A DNA stretch of 64,000 bases from Lachnospiraceae bacterium (GCA_017938485.1 JAGBBM010000015.1:26528-90527), one strand, 5' to 3'. Positions 29,204-40,128 are shown, counted from the stretch's first letter. Numbers and translations are program-made. Notes: a model not told the origin generated them from the letters alone.

Positions 29204-30184
29204 GTGGCAGACGTACTCTCACAAAATGAAATAGACGCCTTATTAAAACAGCTGAGCTCAGGTGAATTAGATGTAGATAATATTGAAGATTCTAAGAGTG
29301 CAAAGGTTAAAGAGTACGATTTCTCACGACCAGCAAAGTTCTCAAAGGAGCATCTTAGAACTCTTGAAATTATATTTGAGCATTTTGGTAGATTGTTAAG
29401 TAGTAACTTGCCAGCTTATCTTAGAAAAAATGTTCAGGTTGAGGTTATGAATTCAGAGGCAGTTACATATTCTGAGTTTTCTAACGCACTTTCTAATCCT
29501 GTTTTACTTGGTGTTGTTAATATGGCACCACTAACAGGTAATATCATTATTGAGATGGCTACTAATGTAGGATATACTATCATAGATAGATTGTTAGGAG
29601 GCATAGGAGAGCCACTTGACAAAGTTAGAGATTTCTCGGAGATAGAATTATCTATACTTGAAAGAATTTTCAGTATTATAATTTCATTGTTGAGAGAACC
29701 ATGGGCCAACGTAGTAGAGATAGAGCCTTATCTTGAACGTATAGAAACTAATTCACAGTTTGCTCAGATTATATCTCCTACAGAGATGATTGCTATTCTT
29801 ACCATCAACATTAATATAGGTGGTGTTGAAGGTTTGATGAATATATGTTTACCATTCCTGACCTTAGAGGATGTTATGGATAAACTTAACACCAAGTATT
29901 GGTTTTCTACAATGCAGGATAAGGATGAACAAAGCTATGCGGAGGTTATTGAGACTGCTATTAATAAGGCTTTGATTCCTGTATCTGCTGAGTTAGGAAA
30001 GAGCAGTATTACGGTTATGGATTTTGCTAATTTACAGGTTGGCGATATAATAAAACTTAACAGAGATGTTTCTGAAGAATTAGATATTTATGTTGGAAAC
30101 ATTGTTAAGTTTAAAGCGTTACCTGGTTCATTTAGTGATAATTATGCAGTTAAAGTTACAGAAATATATAGAGAGGAGGAATAA
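29204..30184 (+). CDS. fliM: Flagellar motor switch protein FliM
   Basis: VLSQNEIDALL, YDFSRPAKFSKEHLRTL, DRLLGG, SpoA C-terminus. Confidence 0.96.
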   Translation: MADVLSQNEIDALLKQLSSGELDVDNIEDSKSAKVKEYDFSRPAKFSKEHLRTLEIIFEHFGRLLSSNLPAYLRKNVQVEVMNSEAVTYSEFSNALSNPVLLGVVNMAPLTGNIIIEMATNVGYTIIDRLLGGIGEPLDKVRDFSEIELSILERIFSIIISLLREPWANVVEIEPYLERIETNSQFAQIISPTEMIAILTININIGGVEGLMNICLPFLTLEDVMDKLNTKYWFSTMQDKDEQSYAEVIETAINKALIPVSAELGKSSITVMDFANLQVGDIIKLNRDVSEELDIYVGNIVKFKALPGSFSDNYAVKVTEIYREEE

Positions 30185-30189
30185 AGAAT

Positions 30190-31380
30190 ATGGATGGAAT
30201 GTTATCTCAGGAAGAAATAAATGCTTTGCTTAGTGGATTTACACCAGATAGTTCATCTAGTTCAGAAAGTACTAGTGAGTTATCTCCTGAGGAAAAAGAT
30301 GCTATTGGAGAGATTTCCAACATATGTATGGGAACTGCGGCTACCACACTTTATTCCCTGGTTAATCAAAAGGTTGTTATTACAACTCCAGTAGTTGATA
30401 TATCCAATTGGTCAGAGCTTACAGCAGATTATGCAAGACCATGTGTTTTTATTAATATCTACTATAAAGAGGGTATTGATGGAAACAATGTATTGATACT
30501 TAAGGAAGATGACGTAAAAATAATTACAGACTTGATGATGGGTGGGGATGGTCTTAATCCATCACCGGAGCTTACCGATTTACACCTTTCAGCAATTTGT
30601 GAAGCAATGAATCAGATGATGGGTTCTACTGCAACTTCTCTGTCATCTATGCTTAATTGTAAAATTGATATAAGTCCACCAGAAGCAGATCTTATGAATA
30701 TGGACGCGGACGTAGTACCTGATAAAGTTACTGATTTTATGAAATCAAACTTTGTTAAGGTTACATTTAGAATGACTATAGGGGATTTAGTTGACAGTAC
30801 AATAATGCAGCTTTATCCTATAGAATTTTCAAAGGAGTTATACAAGAGATTTTCTGGCGGAGATGAGCCAGCAAAAGAAGAAACTCCAGCTCCAGCACCT
30901 CAGACTCCACCACAGAGTGCTCCTACACCTAGCGCACCACAGAGTCAACCAGCTATGGAGCAACCAACTATGGGACAACCTATGATGGGACAGCCTATGA
31001 TGGGTATGCCAATGATGGGACAGCCAATGATGGGACAACCTATGATGGGTATGCCAATGATGGGTATGCAACCGGATGTCAATGTTCAAAATGTACAGTT
31101 CCAAGCGTTTAATCCGATGGCTAATCTTGCAATGCAACAGGAAAATATAGAACTTATTATGGATGTTCCATTAGAGGTTTCTGTTGTATTGGGTAGAACA
31201 AGAAAATCAATTAAAGAGATTTTGGAATTTGGTCCTGGTACAATTATTGAATTGGACAAGCTTGCCGGAGAACCAATAGATGTTATGGTTAATCAGAAAC
31301 TGGTTGCAAAAGGTGAGGTAGTAGTTATAGAAGAAAGTTTTGGTATTAGAATATCAGAAATTATCAAGGAAAAATTATAA
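30190..31380 (+). CDS. fliY: Flagellar motor switch phosphatase FliY (CheC-like plus FliN domain)
   Basis: LSQEEINALL, DAIGEISNICMG, SAICEAMNQMMG, C-terminal MDVPLEVSVVLGRT..KGEVVVIEESFGIRI. Confidence 0.95.
   Translation: MDGMLSQEEINALLSGFTPDSSSSSESTSELSPEEKDAIGEISNICMGTAATTLYSLVNQKVVITTPVVDISNWSELTADYARPCVFINIYYKEGIDGNNVLILKEDDVKIITDLMMGGDGLNPSPELTDLHLSAICEAMNQMMGSTATSLSSMLNCKIDISPPEADLMNMDADVVPDKVTDFMKSNFVKVTFRMTIGDLVDSTIMQLYPIEFSKELYKRFSGGDEPAKEETPAPAPQTPPQSAPTPSAPQSQPAMEQPTMGQPMMGQPMMGMPMMGQPMMGQPMMGMPMMGMQPDVNVQNVQFQAFNPMANLAMQQENIELIMDVPLEVSVVLGRTRKSIKEILEFGPGTIIELDKLAGEPIDVMVNQKLVAKGEVVVIEESFGIRISEIIKEKL
30970..31074 (+). repeat. Seven 15-nt tandem repeats encoding MG(Q/M)PM in the FliY linker
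   Basis: atgggacaacctatg / atgggacagcctatg / atgggtatgccaatg ..., with a 45-nt higher-order period; the last unit is degenerate. Confidence 0.85.
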
Positions 31381-31397
31381 TAAAAGGAGTATGAATT

Positions 31398-31760
31398 ATG
31401 GCGAAGAGTATACTTATATGTGATGATGCAGCTTTCATGAGAATGATGATTAAGGATATCCTTATAAAGAACGGATATTCTATAGCAGGAGAGGCAGAGA
31501 ATGGATTAAAGGCAGTTGAGAAGTATATGGAGACAAAACCTGACTTAGTTCTCATGGATATAACAATGCCTGAGATGGATGGTATACAGGCTCTCAAGAA
31601 GATTAAATCATCAGATCCTAATGCAAGCGTAGTTATGTGTTCTGCTATGGGTCAGCAGGCTATGGTTATTGAATCAATTCAGTCAGGCGCAAGAGACTTT
31701 ATTGTAAAGCCATTCCAGCCTGATAGAGTAATTGAGGCAGTTAAGAAGGCAGTTGAGTAG
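31398..31760 (+). CDS. cheY: Chemotaxis response regulator CheY
   Basis: ILICDDAAFMRMMIKDIL, MDITMPEMDG, FIVKPF. Confidence 0.95.
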   Translation: MAKSILICDDAAFMRMMIKDILIKNGYSIAGEAENGLKAVEKYMETKPDLVLMDITMPEMDGIQALKKIKSSDPNASVVMCSAMGQQAMVIESIQSGARDFIVKPFQPDRVIEAVKKAVE

Positions 31761-31763
31761 TGT

Positions 31764-32165
31764 ATGTTGGCTGTACTTTCTGGTAAAAATTCAGGATTCT
31801 ATTCCTTGTGGGATGTAGTTTCCTTGATTTTAATATTTGTATTTGTTATATTACTTGCATATTTTGCTACTAAAGTAGTGGCAAAATATCAAAGTAATAT
31901 GGTTTATAACAAAAATAATATCAGGATTATTGAATCATTTAGAGTTGATTCAACTAAACTTATTCTTATTGTACAGATAGCAGGGGAGTATTATGCCCTT
32001 GCCTATTCAAGGGATAATGTTACATTAATTGATAAACTTAATCCTGATGAGATAAATAATTTGAAGGCAGAGAATTCTTCAAAATCAAATAACAAGTTGG
32101 ATTTTAAAGAAATTTTATCTCAAATAAGAAATAAAAATTCAAAAGACGATAGTGATATAAAGTAG
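31764..32165 (+). CDS. fliO: Flagellar biosynthetic protein FliO/FliZ
   Basis: Single TM followed by NIRIIESFRVD..LILIVQI; between cheY and fliP. Confidence 0.8.
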   Translation: MLAVLSGKNSGFYSLWDVVSLILIFVFVILLAYFATKVVAKYQSNMVYNKNNIRIIESFRVDSTKLILIVQIAGEYYALAYSRDNVTLIDKLNPDEINNLKAENSSKSNNKLDFKEILSQIRNKNSKDDSDIK

Positions 32166-32173
32166 GTAGTGAG

Positions 32174-32998
32174 ATGAAATACAAAAAACTGCGCAAATTC
32201 ATATTATTATTTGTAATTGCAATTGTAGTAGGGCTTTCAGGTACTAGTTCTATGGCTACGGGTGTTGATCCTGATACTGAACCGGAGATAGGTATTCAAG
32301 AAGAATTAACGGATACAGATGATGGTGTATCCGTAGGTCTTACCATTGACTCTGATTCGGAGGAGACATCATTGGCTGGAACCCTGCAGATTTTATTGGT
32401 AATTACAGTAATTTCTTTGGCTCCGTCAATATTAGTTATGGTGACCTCCTTTACGAGGATTATAGTGGTACTGCATTTTGTAAGAACGGCAGTTGGAACC
32501 CAGTCCTCCCCACCAAATAATGTATTGATAGGGCTCTCGTTGTTTTTAACCCTATTTATTATGAGTCCTGTATTTGCAAAGATTAATACAGAGGCCATTG
32601 AACCTCTTACTGCAAATGAAATAACACAGGAAGAGGCCTTAGACAGAGGGTTGGAGCCTTTGAGAGAATTTATGTTTAATCAGGTTAGACAGGAAGACCT
32701 GAGACTTTTTATGGATATTGCAAAGATGGATACTGTTGAGACATTGGATGAAATTCCAATTACAGTACTTATTCCTGCATTTATAATTAGTGAATTAAGA
32801 GCCGCATTTATTATAGGCTTTTTAATATACATACCATTTATTATTTTAGACATGGTTGTTGCATCAGTACTTATGTCCATGGGTATGATGATGCTTCCAC
32901 CGACCACTATTTCTATGCCATTTAAGATATTGTTATTTGTGTTGGCAGATGGATGGAGTTTGATAATAGGAGAATTGGTAAATTCTTTTAACTTTTGA
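32174..32998 (+). CDS. fliP: Flagellar export gate protein FliP
   Basis: TSFTRIIVVL, PPNNVLIGLSLFLT, MGMMMLPPTTISMPFKILLFVLADGW. Confidence 0.97.
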   Translation: MKYKKLRKFILLFVIAIVVGLSGTSSMATGVDPDTEPEIGIQEELTDTDDGVSVGLTIDSDSEETSLAGTLQILLVITVISLAPSILVMVTSFTRIIVVLHFVRTAVGTQSSPPNNVLIGLSLFLTLFIMSPVFAKINTEAIEPLTANEITQEEALDRGLEPLREFMFNQVRQEDLRLFMDIAKMDTVETLDEIPITVLIPAFIISELRAAFIIGFLIYIPFIILDMVVASVLMSMGMMMLPPTTISMPFKILLFVLADGWSLIIGELVNSFNF

Positions 32999-33026
32999 CG
33001 TTTAGATTATTTTGAGGTGAGTTACT

Positions 33027-33296
33027 ATGAGTATAGGTGATGTAATAGATATAACTGCACAGGCTGTTTGGCTTATCCTTAAATGTAGTGCGCCTATGCT
33101 TCTTTCATCTATGGTTGTGGGTCTTGTAATAAGTATTTTTCAGACTGTTACATCTATTCAGGAGCAAACTCTCACTTTTGTACCAAAGCTTATTGTAATA
33201 TTGGTTGTTGTACTTATATGTGGCGATTGGATAATGAACAATATCATTACATTTATGGAAGATTTGTTCAGTAGGTTCAATGATTACGTGGGGTAG
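33027..33296 (+). CDS. fliQ: Flagellar export gate protein FliQ
   Basis: GLVISIFQTVTSIQEQTLTFVPKL. Confidence 0.96.
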   Translation: MSIGDVIDITAQAVWLILKCSAPMLLSSMVVGLVISIFQTVTSIQEQTLTFVPKLIVILVVVLICGDWIMNNIITFMEDLFSRFNDYVG

Positions 33297-33302
33297 TGTA
33301 GC

Positions 33303-34076
33303 ATGGATTTAACGATATCAACATTAACCCTAGAAGCATTTTTATTAGTTGTTGTTAGAACAGGAGCTTTTTTTGCTGTAGCACCATTGTTTGGTAATAA
33401 AGCAGTCAATTCAAGAATTCGTGTACTGACAGCTGCATGTGTTTCGTTGACAATTTTTTCAGTATTGGATGTTTCTTTGCCAGAATATACAACTGTATGG
33501 GGATTTAGTGCCCTTATAATTAAAGAAGCTTTAGTTGGACTTGCTATGGGCTTTGTATCTAGCTTTGTTATGGCCACATTGGTTATGGCAGGAGAGTTTA
33601 TTGATAGAGAAATTGGATTTACTATGTCGTCAAACTTTGACATGAATACTGGTGCGCTAGTTACCATAACAGCAGAGTTATATGACAGGATAGTCAGTGT
33701 AATAATTCTTATAACCAATATGCATTTTTTTATATTGACAGCTATAGTGCAATCATTTCAGCTTATTCCAGTAGGAGAAGTATTTCCTAATATACCAATT
33801 TTATATAGTACAGTGCTTGAGTTCATTGCACAATTTTTTATTATAGGCTTTAAAATTGCTATGCCTGTATTTTTGAGTGCAACTATGCTTAATATAATAT
33901 TAGGAATTTTGGCAAAAAGTTCGCCACAGATGAATATGTTTGCTGTTGGTATACAGCTCAAGGTGTTTGTTGGTTTATTGGTTCTTGTAGTGACTATTAT
34001 GTTTATTCCTAATATAGCTACATATCTTATGGAAAATATGCGTAGTATGTTAAACACCCTTATGGGAGGTCTTTAG
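33303..34076 (+). CDS. fliR: Flagellar export gate protein FliR
   Basis: KEALVGLAMGF, AGEFIDREIGF, PQMNMFAVGIQLK. Confidence 0.94.
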   Translation: MDLTISTLTLEAFLLVVVRTGAFFAVAPLFGNKAVNSRIRVLTAACVSLTIFSVLDVSLPEYTTVWGFSALIIKEALVGLAMGFVSSFVMATLVMAGEFIDREIGFTMSSNFDMNTGALVTITAELYDRIVSVIILITNMHFFILTAIVQSFQLIPVGEVFPNIPILYSTVLEFIAQFFIIGFKIAMPVFLSATMLNIILGILAKSSPQMNMFAVGIQLKVFVGLLVLVVTIMFIPNIATYLMENMRSMLNTLMGGL

Positions 34077-34077
34077 T

Positions 34078-35193
34078 TTGACTTATAGTGATAGTTATAT
34101 AATTAGATACAATCTTCAGCTTTTTGCGGATGATGGTGATAAAACTGAAGAGCCTACTGCCAAGAAGTTGCAGGATTCCCGTAAAGAGGGAAGTGTTGCA
34201 AAAAGTAAAGAATTATCAAATGCAGTGACACTTTTAGCTTTTTTTGTGTCACTAAAAATTTTTATTCCTTTTTTATCTAAAAGATTAATTAATATGTTTG
34301 ATATCTTTTGGCGGGAAATGGATGAGCTGTCTACAGGTAATCTTACATCTGTTGCTATATGGCAGATAATGTTTGACGTTATTGTTTATATTGTTATTAC
34401 AATATTACCATTTTTGCTTATAGCCCTTGTGATAGGTTTTTTGGTGGAAAGAGTTCAGATTAGTTGGTTGGTTACAACTAAGCCATTGCAACCAAAATTT
34501 AACAAACTTAATCCAATATCGGGCTTCAAGAGAATTTTTTCAAAAGAAGCCTTGTTTAATCTATTATTATCTGTATTAAAAATAATTGTGTTTGGTGCAG
34601 TTAGTATATCTGTTGTAAAGGATAATATAGGTGCCTTTATAACTGTGTATGATTTGAGTATTTATGATGGTTTAGGGATTCTGTTTGAGATAATCATGGA
34701 TCTCGGTATAAAAATTTCAGTTGTATATCTTATTTTTGGCTTGGCAGATTGGATTTTTCAAAAGTGGAAACACAAAAAGGAACTTCGTATGTCAAAGCAA
34801 GAAGTTAAAGATGAGTACAAAAACCAAGAAGGAGATCCTAAGGTTAAGGGACAACAGAAACAACGTATGCAACAGGCTGCAAGAAGACGTATGATGAGCA
34901 GTATTCCAGAGGCGGATGTTGTAATTACAAATCCAACTCACTTCGCCGTTGCATTAAAATACGATAATACTATATCTCAAGCACCGGTTGTTACAGCAAA
35001 AGGTGCAGATTATCTTGCTATGAAGATTAAAGATATTGCAAGAGAAAATGATGTCGAGATAGTTGAAAATAAACCACTTGCCAGAATGCTATATTCCAAC
35101 GTAGAAATTGGTAATGAAATACCTGGTGAACTTTATCAGGCAGTTGCAGAGGTTCTGGCATATGTATATAAACAGAAAAACAAAGTTAGTTAA
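34078..35193 (+). CDS. flhB: Flagellar export switch protein FlhB
   Basis: KTEEPTAKKL, EGDPKVKG, autocleavage motif NPTH. Confidence 0.96.
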   Translation: MTYSDSYIIRYNLQLFADDGDKTEEPTAKKLQDSRKEGSVAKSKELSNAVTLLAFFVSLKIFIPFLSKRLINMFDIFWREMDELSTGNLTSVAIWQIMFDVIVYIVITILPFLLIALVIGFLVERVQISWLVTTKPLQPKFNKLNPISGFKRIFSKEALFNLLLSVLKIIVFGAVSISVVKDNIGAFITVYDLSIYDGLGILFEIIMDLGIKISVVYLIFGLADWIFQKWKHKKELRMSKQEVKDEYKNQEGDPKVKGQQKQRMQQAARRRMMSSIPEADVVITNPTHFAVALKYDNTISQAPVVTAKGADYLAMKIKDIARENDVEIVENKPLARMLYSNVEIGNEIPGELYQAVAEVLAYVYKQKNKVS

Positions 35194-35239
35194 TAGGTAA
35201 AAGATATAAAGACATTAAGTACGAAAGGAGGTCAGGAAA

Positions 35240-37282
35240 GTGAAGAAAAATGATATATTTCTTGGTGCATATTTGCTTGCTGCAATTGTTTTCATGATTA
35301 TTCCAATTCCTGCCACTTTGCTTGATATTCTTATATTATTTAATGTATCAATGTCACTTATAATTGTATTTAATTGTCTTTTTGCAAAGGAAACCCTTGA
35401 TATGTCTGGTTTCCCTACATTGTTGCTTTTTACTACTGTATTTAGAATATCTCTTAACGTGTCATCAACAAGACTTATTCTTTCCACTGGTAACCCTGGT
35501 GAGGTTGTAGAAGTGTTTGGTAGCTTCGTTGGTGGTGGCAATCTTGTAATTGGTGCCATTGTTTTCATTGTTCTTATAATTGTTCAGATGATGATTATAA
35601 ATAAAGGTTCTGAAAGAGTTTCAGAGGTAACTGCACGTTTCACACTTGATGCTATGCCTGGTAAACAGATGGCTATTGATGCGGATCTTAGTGCAGGCGC
35701 TATCACAGATCAGGAAGCTATTGTTCGAAGAGAAAAAATTCAGCAAGAATCAGCATTCTTTGGTTCAATGGACGGTGCTTCAAAGTACGTTAAGGGAGAT
35801 GCGACAGCAGGTCTTATTATTACTTTGATTAATATTGTGGGTGGTTTGATTCTTGGTATGACTGAGATGGGACTTACACTTTCAGAGGCTCTTCAAAAGT
35901 TTACTATCCTTACAATTGGTGACGGTCTTGTATCTCAGATACCATCTATGCTTATTTCTCTTTCAACAGGTATTTTGGTTACTAAGGCATCAAAGAATGA
36001 AAATATTGGTGATATCTTAATTGGTCAGTTATTCAGTATCCCCAAGGTACTTTTGATGGTTGGAGCAACAATGATTGGCTTAGGTATACTTACACCTCTT
36101 AATATCGTATTTTGTGGAGCTTATGGTATATTATTCATAGTATTATCTCAGGCAATAAAAGGGAAGGAAGAAGAGGATGCCATTAAGGAAGAGGTTGAAG
36201 AAGAAGAGATTCAGGCTGATGAGGTTAGAAGACATGAAAATGTTAATTCCCTCCTTCAGGTTGACCCTATTGAATTGGAGTTTGGTTATGGTATAATACC
36301 ATTAGCGGATGTTAATCAGGGTGGAGATCTTCTTGATAGAGTTGTTATGATTAGACGTCAGATAGCTCTTGAACTTGGAGCAGTAGTACCTATTATACGT
36401 CTTAGAGACAATATTCAGCTTAATCCCAATCAATATATTATCAAGATTAAGGGTATTCAGGTTAGTGAGGGCGAGATACTCTTTGACCATTATATGGCTA
36501 TGAATCCTGGCTATGTTGAGGATGAGATTACAGGTATACCAACTATTGAACCTGCTTTTCATTTGGAGGCTATGTGGATTACTGAATCACAAAGAGAAAG
36601 AGCTGAGTCTCTTGGATATACCGTTGTAGATCCACCATCTATTATTGCAACTCATCTTACTGAGATTATAAAACAACATCTTGATGAGCTTCTCACTAGA
36701 CAGGATGTTCAGAATCTCATTGATAATGTTAAAGAAAATCACAAAACTCTTGTGGATGATCTCGTGCCAAAACTTCTTGGTGTTGGTGACATTCAGAAGG
36801 TATTACAGAATCTCTTGAAAGAGGGTATATCAATAAGAGATCTTGTAACTATATTTGAAACACTTGCCGATTATGCATCTACAACAAGGGATACAGATAT
36901 ACTTACTGAGTATGCACGTCAAAGCTTAAAGCGTGCTATATCCAACAAGTATTTTGGTGATTCAGATATGACTACTGTGGTTACTCTTGATCCAAAGATA
37001 GAACAGGCGATTATGTCATCTATTAAGCAGACTGAGCAAGGAGCGTATATTTCCCTTGACCCTGCTGTTACAAAGAGTATATTGAAGTCCACAGAGATAG
37101 AAATTAAGAAATTAGAAGACAAGGGACAAACCCCAATTGTTATTACTTCTCCGATAGTAAGAATGTATTTCAAGAAGCTTACAAACGACTATTTCAGAGA
37201 TTTAATAATAGTTTCATACAATGAAATTGATTCAAATATAGAATTAAAGTCAGTGGGAGTGATCACTATAAATGATAATTAA
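35240..37282 (+). CDS. flhA: Flagellar biosynthesis protein FlhA
   Basis: FPTLLLFTT, RFTLDAMPGKQMAIDADL, GDGLVSQIP. Confidence 0.97.
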   Translation: MKKNDIFLGAYLLAAIVFMIIPIPATLLDILILFNVSMSLIIVFNCLFAKETLDMSGFPTLLLFTTVFRISLNVSSTRLILSTGNPGEVVEVFGSFVGGGNLVIGAIVFIVLIIVQMMIINKGSERVSEVTARFTLDAMPGKQMAIDADLSAGAITDQEAIVRREKIQQESAFFGSMDGASKYVKGDATAGLIITLINIVGGLILGMTEMGLTLSEALQKFTILTIGDGLVSQIPSMLISLSTGILVTKASKNENIGDILIGQLFSIPKVLLMVGATMIGLGILTPLNIVFCGAYGILFIVLSQAIKGKEEEDAIKEEVEEEEIQADEVRRHENVNSLLQVDPIELEFGYGIIPLADVNQGGDLLDRVVMIRRQIALELGAVVPIIRLRDNIQLNPNQYIIKIKGIQVSEGEILFDHYMAMNPGYVEDEITGIPTIEPAFHLEAMWITESQRERAESLGYTVVDPPSIIATHLTEIIKQHLDELLTRQDVQNLIDNVKENHKTLVDDLVPKLLGVGDIQKVLQNLLKEGISIRDLVTIFETLADYASTTRDTDILTEYARQSLKRAISNKYFGDSDMTTVVTLDPKIEQAIMSSIKQTEQGAYISLDPAVTKSILKSTEIEIKKLEDKGQTPIVITSPIVRMYFKKLTNDYFRDLIIVSYNEIDSNIELKSVGVITINDN

Positions 37283-38525
37283 GAAGTACAAAGCAGCAAC
37301 TGAAAAAGAAGCTATAATTATGGCAAAGGAAGATTTGGGTTCGGAAGCTATAGTTATGAATGTAAAAACTATAAAGCCAAATGGTATTTTGAAATTATTC
37401 AGAAAACCAAGGGTTGAGCTTACTGCGGCTATTGATGATAATATTTCACAGAATCCATCATCTACAGGAAGTGTTCTTTCTGCACCTAAAAAAGAAAGCT
37501 ATAGATTTGGTGATGCATTTGACAAAAGTTCAAAAAATGATGGAAAAGAGCTATTGGGGGGCGAATTCGATTATTCTGCTACAAATAGTGCTATTGAAGA
37601 AAAAATCAATAGTATAGCAAAGCTTTTAGAAGCTCAGATGATTGTGGAAAAGAAAGTTGATAATGAAAAAAGCATCTTTGATGAGTCTAATATAGAAGAA
37701 AATAATACTCAGTTAAAAGAGGAAAAACCTAAAAAAGACAATAAAATAATTGATTTAATATATAGTCAATTATTAGACAATGAAGTAAAAAAAGAGTTCG
37801 TAGATAATATTGTAGGAGAATTGGATTATCTTAATGATAATCAGCATCTTGACAATGTGTTGTCTAGTGTATATCAAAAGATTGTTCTAAAGTTGGGTGA
37901 AATAAAACCACTTACACTTAGTGAAAATAAACCGAAGATTATATTTTTTGTAGGTAATACCGGTGTAGGTAAAACTACAACAGTTGCAAAACTTGCGTCA
38001 AAAAGCAAGATAGAAGATAAGCTTAAAGTGGCACTTTTTTCTGTTGATACATATAGAATTGCCGCTATTGAACAGTTGAAAACTTATGCAAATATTATAA
38101 ATGCTCCAATGGAGGTTATATATACTCCTGAGGATATGGAAAAATACATTGAAAAGTATAATGATTATGATTACATATTTGTAGATACCGCTGGACGTTC
38201 CCATAAAGATGCTGAACAAAAGAAAGACCTTCAGGCTATAATTGATTCAGTTGGTGATAATGAAAAGGATGTATATCTTGTTGTTAGTGCTACTGTGAAA
38301 TACAACGATTTAGTTAGTATTGCAAAAACATACGAAGATATACATGATTTTAAGCTTATATTTACAAAACTTGATGAAACAACCGGTATCGGTTCCATAC
38401 TTAACCTAAAGATGGAGTTAAATAAGGATTTGTCTTATGTTACATGGGGACAGAACGTTCCTGATGATATAGGGGTTCTTAATCCACAGGTTATTGCGAA
38501 GAAACTCTTAGGAGGTGCAAAATAA
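37272..38525 (+). CDS. flhF: SRP-like GTPase FlhF
   Basis: GNTGVGKTTT, DTYRIAAIEQL, DTAGRS, TKLDET, GQNVPDDI. Confidence 0.95.
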   Translation: MIIKKYKAATEKEAIIMAKEDLGSEAIVMNVKTIKPNGILKLFRKPRVELTAAIDDNISQNPSSTGSVLSAPKKESYRFGDAFDKSSKNDGKELLGGEFDYSATNSAIEEKINSIAKLLEAQMIVEKKVDNEKSIFDESNIEENNTQLKEEKPKKDNKIIDLIYSQLLDNEVKKEFVDNIVGELDYLNDNQHLDNVLSSVYQKIVLKLGEIKPLTLSENKPKIIFFVGNTGVGKTTTVAKLASKSKIEDKLKVALFSVDTYRIAAIEQLKTYANIINAPMEVIYTPEDMEKYIEKYNDYDYIFVDTAGRSHKDAEQKKDLQAIIDSVGDNEKDVYLVVSATVKYNDLVSIAKTYEDIHDFKLIFTKLDETTGIGSILNLKMELNKDLSYVTWGQNVPDDIGVLNPQVIAKKLLGGAK

Positions 38526-38528
38526 TCT

Positions 38529-39413
38529 ATGGATCAGGCGACAAAATTAAGACAAATGATGGATACAAAAGAAAAACAGGATAAGGCTAGAGTAATTGCT
38601 GTAACTAGTGGAAAAGGTGGGGTTGGAAAGACAAGTCTTTCTGTTAATCTAGCCATAGAGATATCCAAGCTTGGAAAAAAGGTTGTTATCTTTGATGCGG
38701 ATTTTGGTCTTGCTAACGTTGAGGTTATGCTTGGAATAAGGCCAAAGTATAATCTGTTAGACCTATTTCATAATAATATGAGCATAGAGGACATTATTAC
38801 TAGTGGACCAAATGAAATTGGGTTTATATCCAGTGGTTCAGGTGTTTCTGAGCTTGCAAGTATGGATTATGACAGTATAAAGTTACTTATTAAGGAGATG
38901 GGGAAACTTGATAAACTTTATGATGTTGTAATTATTGATACTGGAGCTGGTATAACGGATTCGGTTATGGAGTTCGTTATGGTTAGTCCGGAGATATTGC
39001 TTGTTGTTACTCCTGAGCCAACATCTATAACAGATGCATATTCTTTACTTAAAGTATTACGAAGAAAAGAAGAATTTAATCCTATGTATAAGACTATAAA
39101 CGTGGTTTCAAACAGGGTTACAAGTCAGGATGAAGGACAGGATATATATAGTAAGATGAATACTGTGTCGTCCAAATTCCTCAATACGAAATTACAATAT
39201 CTTGGAGATATACCACAGGATAAAAGTGCATCTATGGCTATTATTGAGCAAAAACCTGTTTGTATAGCATATCCTAATAGTGTGGCTTCAAAGGGAATTT
39301 CCAATATAGCATCAAAACTTATGAATGAAGATGTGACAGAGTATACATCTAAAGAGGGTATAGCAAAGGTATTTTTTGATTTTCTAAAGTCAAGAAGAAA
39401 AAGTAAAAGATAA
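38529..39413 (+). CDS. flhG: MinD-like ATPase FlhG
   Basis: MDQATKLR, VTSGKGGVGKT, DADFGLANV, TPEPTSITDAY. Confidence 0.93.
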   Translation: MDQATKLRQMMDTKEKQDKARVIAVTSGKGGVGKTSLSVNLAIEISKLGKKVVIFDADFGLANVEVMLGIRPKYNLLDLFHNNMSIEDIITSGPNEIGFISSGSGVSELASMDYDSIKLLIKEMGKLDKLYDVVIIDTGAGITDSVMEFVMVSPEILLVVTPEPTSITDAYSLLKVLRRKEEFNPMYKTINVVSNRVTSQDEGQDIYSKMNTVSSKFLNTKLQYLGDIPQDKSASMAIIEQKPVCIAYPNSVASKGISNIASKLMNEDVTEYTSKEGIAKVFFDFLKSRRKSKR

Positions 39414-39428
39414 AAATGAGAGGTATGT

Positions 39429-40127
39429 ATGGGTATAACTATTGGATGTAAAATTGAATTAGTCTCATTAGATGATATAGCAAAGAATGTGCAAAACAAG
39501 AAGGTTTATGTAAGTAAGGTATATGATGTGCTTGAGACAAATCTTCTTCAGATTGCTATGCCTATTTATGATGGAAAGATGGTTCCGCTCAGTGTGGGTT
39601 CATCTTATTCAGCATGTTTTTTTACAGATAAGGGGTTATATGAGTGTAATATATCAGTATCATCAAGATATAAGAGTGGTAATTTATTTTTCCTAGAAGT
39701 TATTCTTTTGACACAGTTAAAGAAAGTTCAAAGACGTGAATTTTTCAGATTTGATTGTTCTATAAACAGTAAGATTAGAATAATGACTGACGAAGAATAT
39801 GAAACAGGCGTATATGATGAAAGTACATCTTGGGAAGATGCCAAAATAATAGATATAAGTGGTGGTGGAGTTAAGCTTATAAAACAGAAATTTATTGAGC
39901 CTAATGAGATGATTATATTACAATTTGAGCTTCCTATTGAAGGAAAGGTAATTCCTATGGAGTTAGTTGGAAGAATTCTCCGTAGTATACCGTTTCAAGG
40001 AAGAACTGATATATATGATGAACGTATAGAATTCATCAATATCACTAAAGAAAAAAGAGACATTATAGTAAAATATATATTTGAATGTCAAAGAATGATG
40101 AGAGCAAAGGAATCGGGTTTATCATAA
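39429..40127 (+). CDS. PilZ-domain flagellar brake (YcgR/MotI-like c-di-GMP effector)
   Basis: QRREFFR (RxxxR) and DISGGG (DxSxxG) c-di-GMP-binding motifs, with a YcgR-like N-domain. Confidence 0.9.
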   Translation: MGITIGCKIELVSLDDIAKNVQNKKVYVSKVYDVLETNLLQIAMPIYDGKMVPLSVGSSYSACFFTDKGLYECNISVSSRYKSGNLFFLEVILLTQLKKVQRREFFRFDCSINSKIRIMTDEEYETGVYDESTSWEDAKIIDISGGGVKLIKQKFIEPNEMIILQFELPIEGKVIPMELVGRILRSIPFQGRTDIYDERIEFINITKEKRDIIVKYIFECQRMMRAKESGLS

Positions 40128-40128
40128 A

